A stretch of 62,943 bases of DNA, filler included, from Lenisia limosa (Eukaryota > Protista > Breviatea), in NCBI GenBank assembly GCA_001655205.1. It is 10 parts of 10 records of this genome, joined end to end, with 100 filler letters (N's around TTAATTAATTAA, not from the genome) between each part and the next. Parts side by side here need not be neighbours in the genome. Positions count along the whole stretch, not along the records: positions 58,908 to 59,945 come from LPNZ01005966.1; positions 60,046 to 62,943 come from LPNZ01009995.1; 8 more parts are not named here. The stretch is one strand, 5' to 3'. This document shows positions 58,956 to 62,943 of this stretch, in pieces. Positions within the stretch are counted from its first letter, which is position 1. Every line of letters begins with the position of its first letter. A model generated the notes under the pieces. The model did not search any database. It saw nothing but the letters and a program-made list of their open reading frames with translations, and was not told the origin of the DNA. The position numbers were made by a program, and so were the translations under genes.

Positions 58956-59823
58956 GATTTGGTGCTCCTGCTGTTGTTCGAACCGGTCCGGGAGGGCTCA
59001 AGCTCAAAAACAAGGTCAAGCCTGCCAAGAAAATGCGTCAGCTCAATTGGGCCAAGGTTCCTGCAAACAAAATCACGGCCTCGGTCTGGATGCAGCAAGA
59101 CACTTCCTTGGGTTGGCGGCTGGTGACACAGAATCGGGCCTAGACCTTGATGACTTCTTTCTTGTTCAGCCAATGTTGTCACCTAGAATGTTTTTTCTCC
59201 TTGTTATATCATATATTCCGATTTTACTTCGCCAGACGGCCTGATTGACACTTCGGATCTGGAAGCTATGTTTGGACAGCCGGAGAAGAAGGCCCCTGCG
59301 CCCGGTTTGTTGACATTGTTCATTCCAAAGGCTTCCCTAGGTCCCAAAAGAATACCGAATCTCTCAATAAAGCCTCGATATTTAAACGGTCTTTTTCGAG
59401 ACGCAGGGAAGCACTATTTATGACATCTCAGGCGAAGTCGAAGAAAAGAAGCCTGCCAAGAAGCAAGCCATCCAGCTCATTGATGGAAAGAGGAACAATA
59501 ACATGGCCATCATGCTTAGTCGCTACAAGATGACCTATGAAGAAATTAAGGTTTGTAAATGGCGGTACGTGATCTTACCCCCAGACTGCCATTCTTGCGT
59601 GTGATGATAACACATTGCCGTCGGAGCGTCTGAAGCCTCTCCTCCAATTCGCACCCGAACCTGATGAAGTTGAAGCCTGTAACGAATTTGGTGTATGCTT
59701 TATTATTGAGCGTGTCATCTTTCGTCTTATTTCTTTGGTTTTGTTTTGCGACCTGAATGACACTGGTAGGGCGACATAGAAGAGCTGGACAAACCTGAGA
59801 AGTACATTCGCGTCATTAGCAAG
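58956..59823 (+). CDS. Formin, FH1/FH2 fragment (truncated at both ends)
   Basis: KPAKKMRQLNWAKVP...SVW, DLEAMFG, IQLIDGKRNNNMAIMLSRYKM, AILACDD...LLQFAPEPDE and ELDKPEKYI form the canonical FH2 N-terminal half. Confidence 0.92.
59327..59416 (+). mobile_element. Old, degenerate family A MITE in a formin intron
   Basis: Colinear with family A (GGCTTCCCTAGGTCCCAAAA...GGTCTTTTTCGAGACGCAGGGAAGCACTA). Confidence 0.55.
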
Positions 59824-62800
59824 GTAAGCGCAGTATCATGGGAATTTGTGGATGCTGGGGAAGCACGCAGGAAGCTGCGTGCACAGAGTTGTCAGGTCAA
59901 TCATTGGGTGAATTAATATTATACTATAATCCAATATCTCTTATANNNNNNNNNNNNNNNNNNNNNNNNNNNNNNNNNNNNNNNNNNNNTTAATTAATTA
60001 ANNNNNNNNNNNNNNNNNNNNNNNNNNNNNNNNNNNNNNNNNNNNTTTTTGAGACAAAGAAAGCAAGAAAAAAAGACGGAAAATGGGAATTTATAAAAAA
60101 TCGGGAAAATCGGGTTTAGTGTCGGTAGCATATATCTAGATAAGTAGTTTACTATGATATTTTTATTATAACAAATTGTGTCATAAATGGATTAGAAATG
60201 TATGTTTATAATGTAAAATTTGAGATTAAACCCCCACTATAATTCTCTATCTCAGAAGACGACTAAACCCCCATAGGAACCTATTCGTCAGTTGTCCTCA
60301 AGGGAACATGTAGCGAAACACCTTGCACTTTGACAACTCTCCATGCGTATGAAGGGCGCAAAAGCACTCGGAGCATTGACTTGGGGGATTCTTAGAAACA
60401 TTAGGTGCAATGACTTGGGATTAATATGAACACAACGGAGCATTTTTGAAAAAGCAAATATACATAAAATACTAAAAATATTATTTTTCTTCATGTTATT
60501 TACCAACCCCAGTGAGCTGAACAACAACAACGTGGACTCGAATGGAGTCGTGAGTATCTACTACTCCGGACTGTACCTGGTAACCTTCGCATGCGAAATG
60601 GATCTTGAATAGTGAGCCGGTTTTCTTCATCTTTTAAAAGTGATAAAAGATAGAAAGTATAAAAGAAATGATGAAAATGGACCATTTTACTTTGCAGCTC
60701 TTTTCTCACTGGCAACCTTTGTATCTCTGCATTGCATCGTTTTTCAGTTTATTATTCATTGCTTTTTATCATTCACTCGGGGTCATGCTATCTTCGTTCG
60801 CCATTTCAACAAGCAAGTCGATCATATGATCATATTACTCGTGGATATGAGTCTACATATGCATGATCAGTCACCCCCCCCCCCNNNNNNNNNNNNNNNN
60901 NNNNNNNNNNNNNNNNNNNNNNNNNNNNNNNNNNNNNNNNNNNNNNNNNNNNNNNNNNNNNNNNNNNNNNNNNNNNNNNNNNNNNNNNNNNNNNNNNNNN
61001 NNNNNNNNNNNNNNNNNNNNNNNNNNNNNNNNNNNNNNNNNNNNNNNNNNNNNNNNNNNNNNNNNNNNNNNNNNNNNNNNNNTTTTATCCTCTTTACCTT
61101 CTTTTGTCCAGCATTATTTCTATACATATATTTCACACTTTTTGCCATTAAGACTTCAGAGGGAACAGTGAGGGAAGTCCCAGTTATTTCAGTAACTCCA
61201 AGCACACTTCTCGAGGACCATGGTGAGAGAGGGACTCCTAGGGGGACGTCGATGAGCCCGACCGGACATGTTGAAATACTGTTTCCTCTTTATTACTGCG
61301 GAATGCTAAAAAGAATTCCAAATAAAGATAGATAATTTTCAAAAAAACATTAATAAAAATGATGAAAAAGGAAAATCATTACATCATGAAACATATTCAG
61401 AGATCTCAGATCACGGTACCCTTGGGGANNNNNNNNNNNNNNNNNNNNNNNNNNNNNNNNNNNNNNNNNNNNNNNNNNNNNNNNNNNNNNNNNNNNNNNN
61501 NNNNNNNNNNNNNNNNNNNNNNNNNTGATCAATTCAATTCACTTCGATGATGAATATTCAACTTAGAAATATAGATTGCTAAAAAAAAAACAAGTTTATA
61601 TCTGGCCGAAGTCGTCCACACCATCACGATATTAGGGCTCGGTGCAATTAATATGAAGGAAATATTGACACAAAAAATTGCTAAATCGAGTACAATGTAC
61701 CTCACTTCCCGTTTTGCAATTAATTTTCCATAATTACACAGTTAAAATTTATCTACTATCTCTGCCAGCCCTGACTTATTTTCAGGAGCAACATTCGCAA
61801 TAGAGTTCTTCGCGGGGGATACCTTCACTGTGAGCGTTCCCTTTATGAACTTTTTTGGAGAGGGGAGGGTAGTTGTTTTTTAGTATCAGTATTTTATCTT
61901 ACTAATTAGTATTATTAGCGTTATTACTTGTGTAAACCACGGTCACACTTTCTCCAATCTGTTGATTTTCCAGGTTAAGGGTAACGGGATGCAAGCGCGT
62001 CTTGGCCTCTTCCTGCTTAACACCGAGTAGAAAATTGTCTTCTGTATGTCCATGTATGCTTTTCGACACATGTTCTTTCCCCAAATTGTATCTCGCCTGC
62101 GACCAACTGCGTAAGAAATGAACAGAATTTGAACGAAACTCTGCATTTTTGGTGTACATNNNNNNNNNNNNNNNNNNNNNNNNNNNNNNNNNNNNNNNNN
62201 NNNNNNNNNNNNNNNNNNNNNNNNNNNNNNNNNNNNNNNNNNNNNNNNNNCTGAACCACAATTTTGGCTGACATTGTATTTAAAGTGGATGATTTTGAGT
62301 TATTTCATAGTAGTATCATATCATATGCATATGATGTAGTATATTAATTCATTTGGTACAACTTGGGGATACATTCACGAGCGTCACTATACTAAGACAA
62401 TCTAAAAATACAACAGTTTGTAATCGAAGTGACAGTAATAACTGGATTGGGGACCCGAGCAAATGGCCAAGACTCATCATTTGATTTGTTGCTGAAGGAG
62501 TACTCGTCTTAAGAGGTCCGTCACCACCTCATCCGAGGGGTTAAGTAGAAGGGACTGAAGTGTCAAATGAAGGTGGGGAGGAGTCAAAAATAAGTACTTG
62601 TGGAAGGGTGTACAATGAGAAACAGACAAAAAAACTGAATTAACTGAGGGCGTGAAAAAAAAACAAGCAAACAAAAAAAATACAACAGGGGTTCAAGAAA
62701 AAAAAAAAAAAAAANNNNNNNNNNNNNNNNNNNNNNNNNNNNNNNNNNNNNNNNNNNNNNNNNNNNNNNNNNNNNNNNNNNNNNNNNNNNNNNAGGTGTG

Positions 62801-62943
62801 GTGAGGGCAGGGGAGAGTTGTGCGCCACAATTTTCAAAAATTCATCTCAGGAGGAAGTGAACATCTTTATTTTCGGTTTATTATTGGGGATCCGCAGGAA
62901 GAAATTGCCGATTTTACAACTTTTTCTCGAGGAAGCCTACCAG

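Noticed and set aside
60290-62560. Exon-like segments in the last scaffold, including a C1q-like GLYLVTF
   Set aside because: I could not chain them into a phase-consistent model or fix the strand.
1-62943. tRNA, rRNA, snRNA or telomeric repeats
   Set aside because: No recognisable cloverleaf, rRNA or snRNA signature, or telomere array was seen by eye; a covariance-model search was not possible.

Overview
Intron-dense eukaryotic (protist-like) nuclear DNA. The window is not one locus: nine identical 100-nt linkers (N44-TTAATTAATTAA-N44) join ten separate scaffolds, and many internal N gaps hide exons. Gene models were read by hand, so coordinates are approximate where noted. Recognisable genes: ARP5, mitochondrial IND1/NUBPL, a K+-dependent Na+/Ca2+ exchanger (NCKX), strumpellin/WASHC5 (partial), a REEP/HVA22 protein, a formin FH2 fragment, a HEAT-repeat protein, a cysteine-rich multi-TM protein, a TmcB-like N-terminus and several hypotheticals. 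The introns hold many short repeats: an ~100-bp hAT MITE with 8-bp TSDs, an ~75-bp Tc1/mariner-like MITE, an unclassified ~150-bp repeat and a sense-biased cassette ending at 3' splice sites. Three observations stand out. (1) A complete 2.6-kb hAT element (55715-58351) with perfect 21-bp TIRs, a perfect 8-bp TSD and a divergent, intron-containing transposase; related MITEs occur elsewhere. (2) Intron ends tend to be self-complementary (5' GTGGGG(G)AGT ... ACTCCCCCAG 3'). (3) Several introns share near-identical 3' ends. Points 2 and 3 suggest an introner-like origin or a base-paired splice-site bridging mechanism; both are hypotheses. No rRNA, tRNA or CRISPR array was seen.
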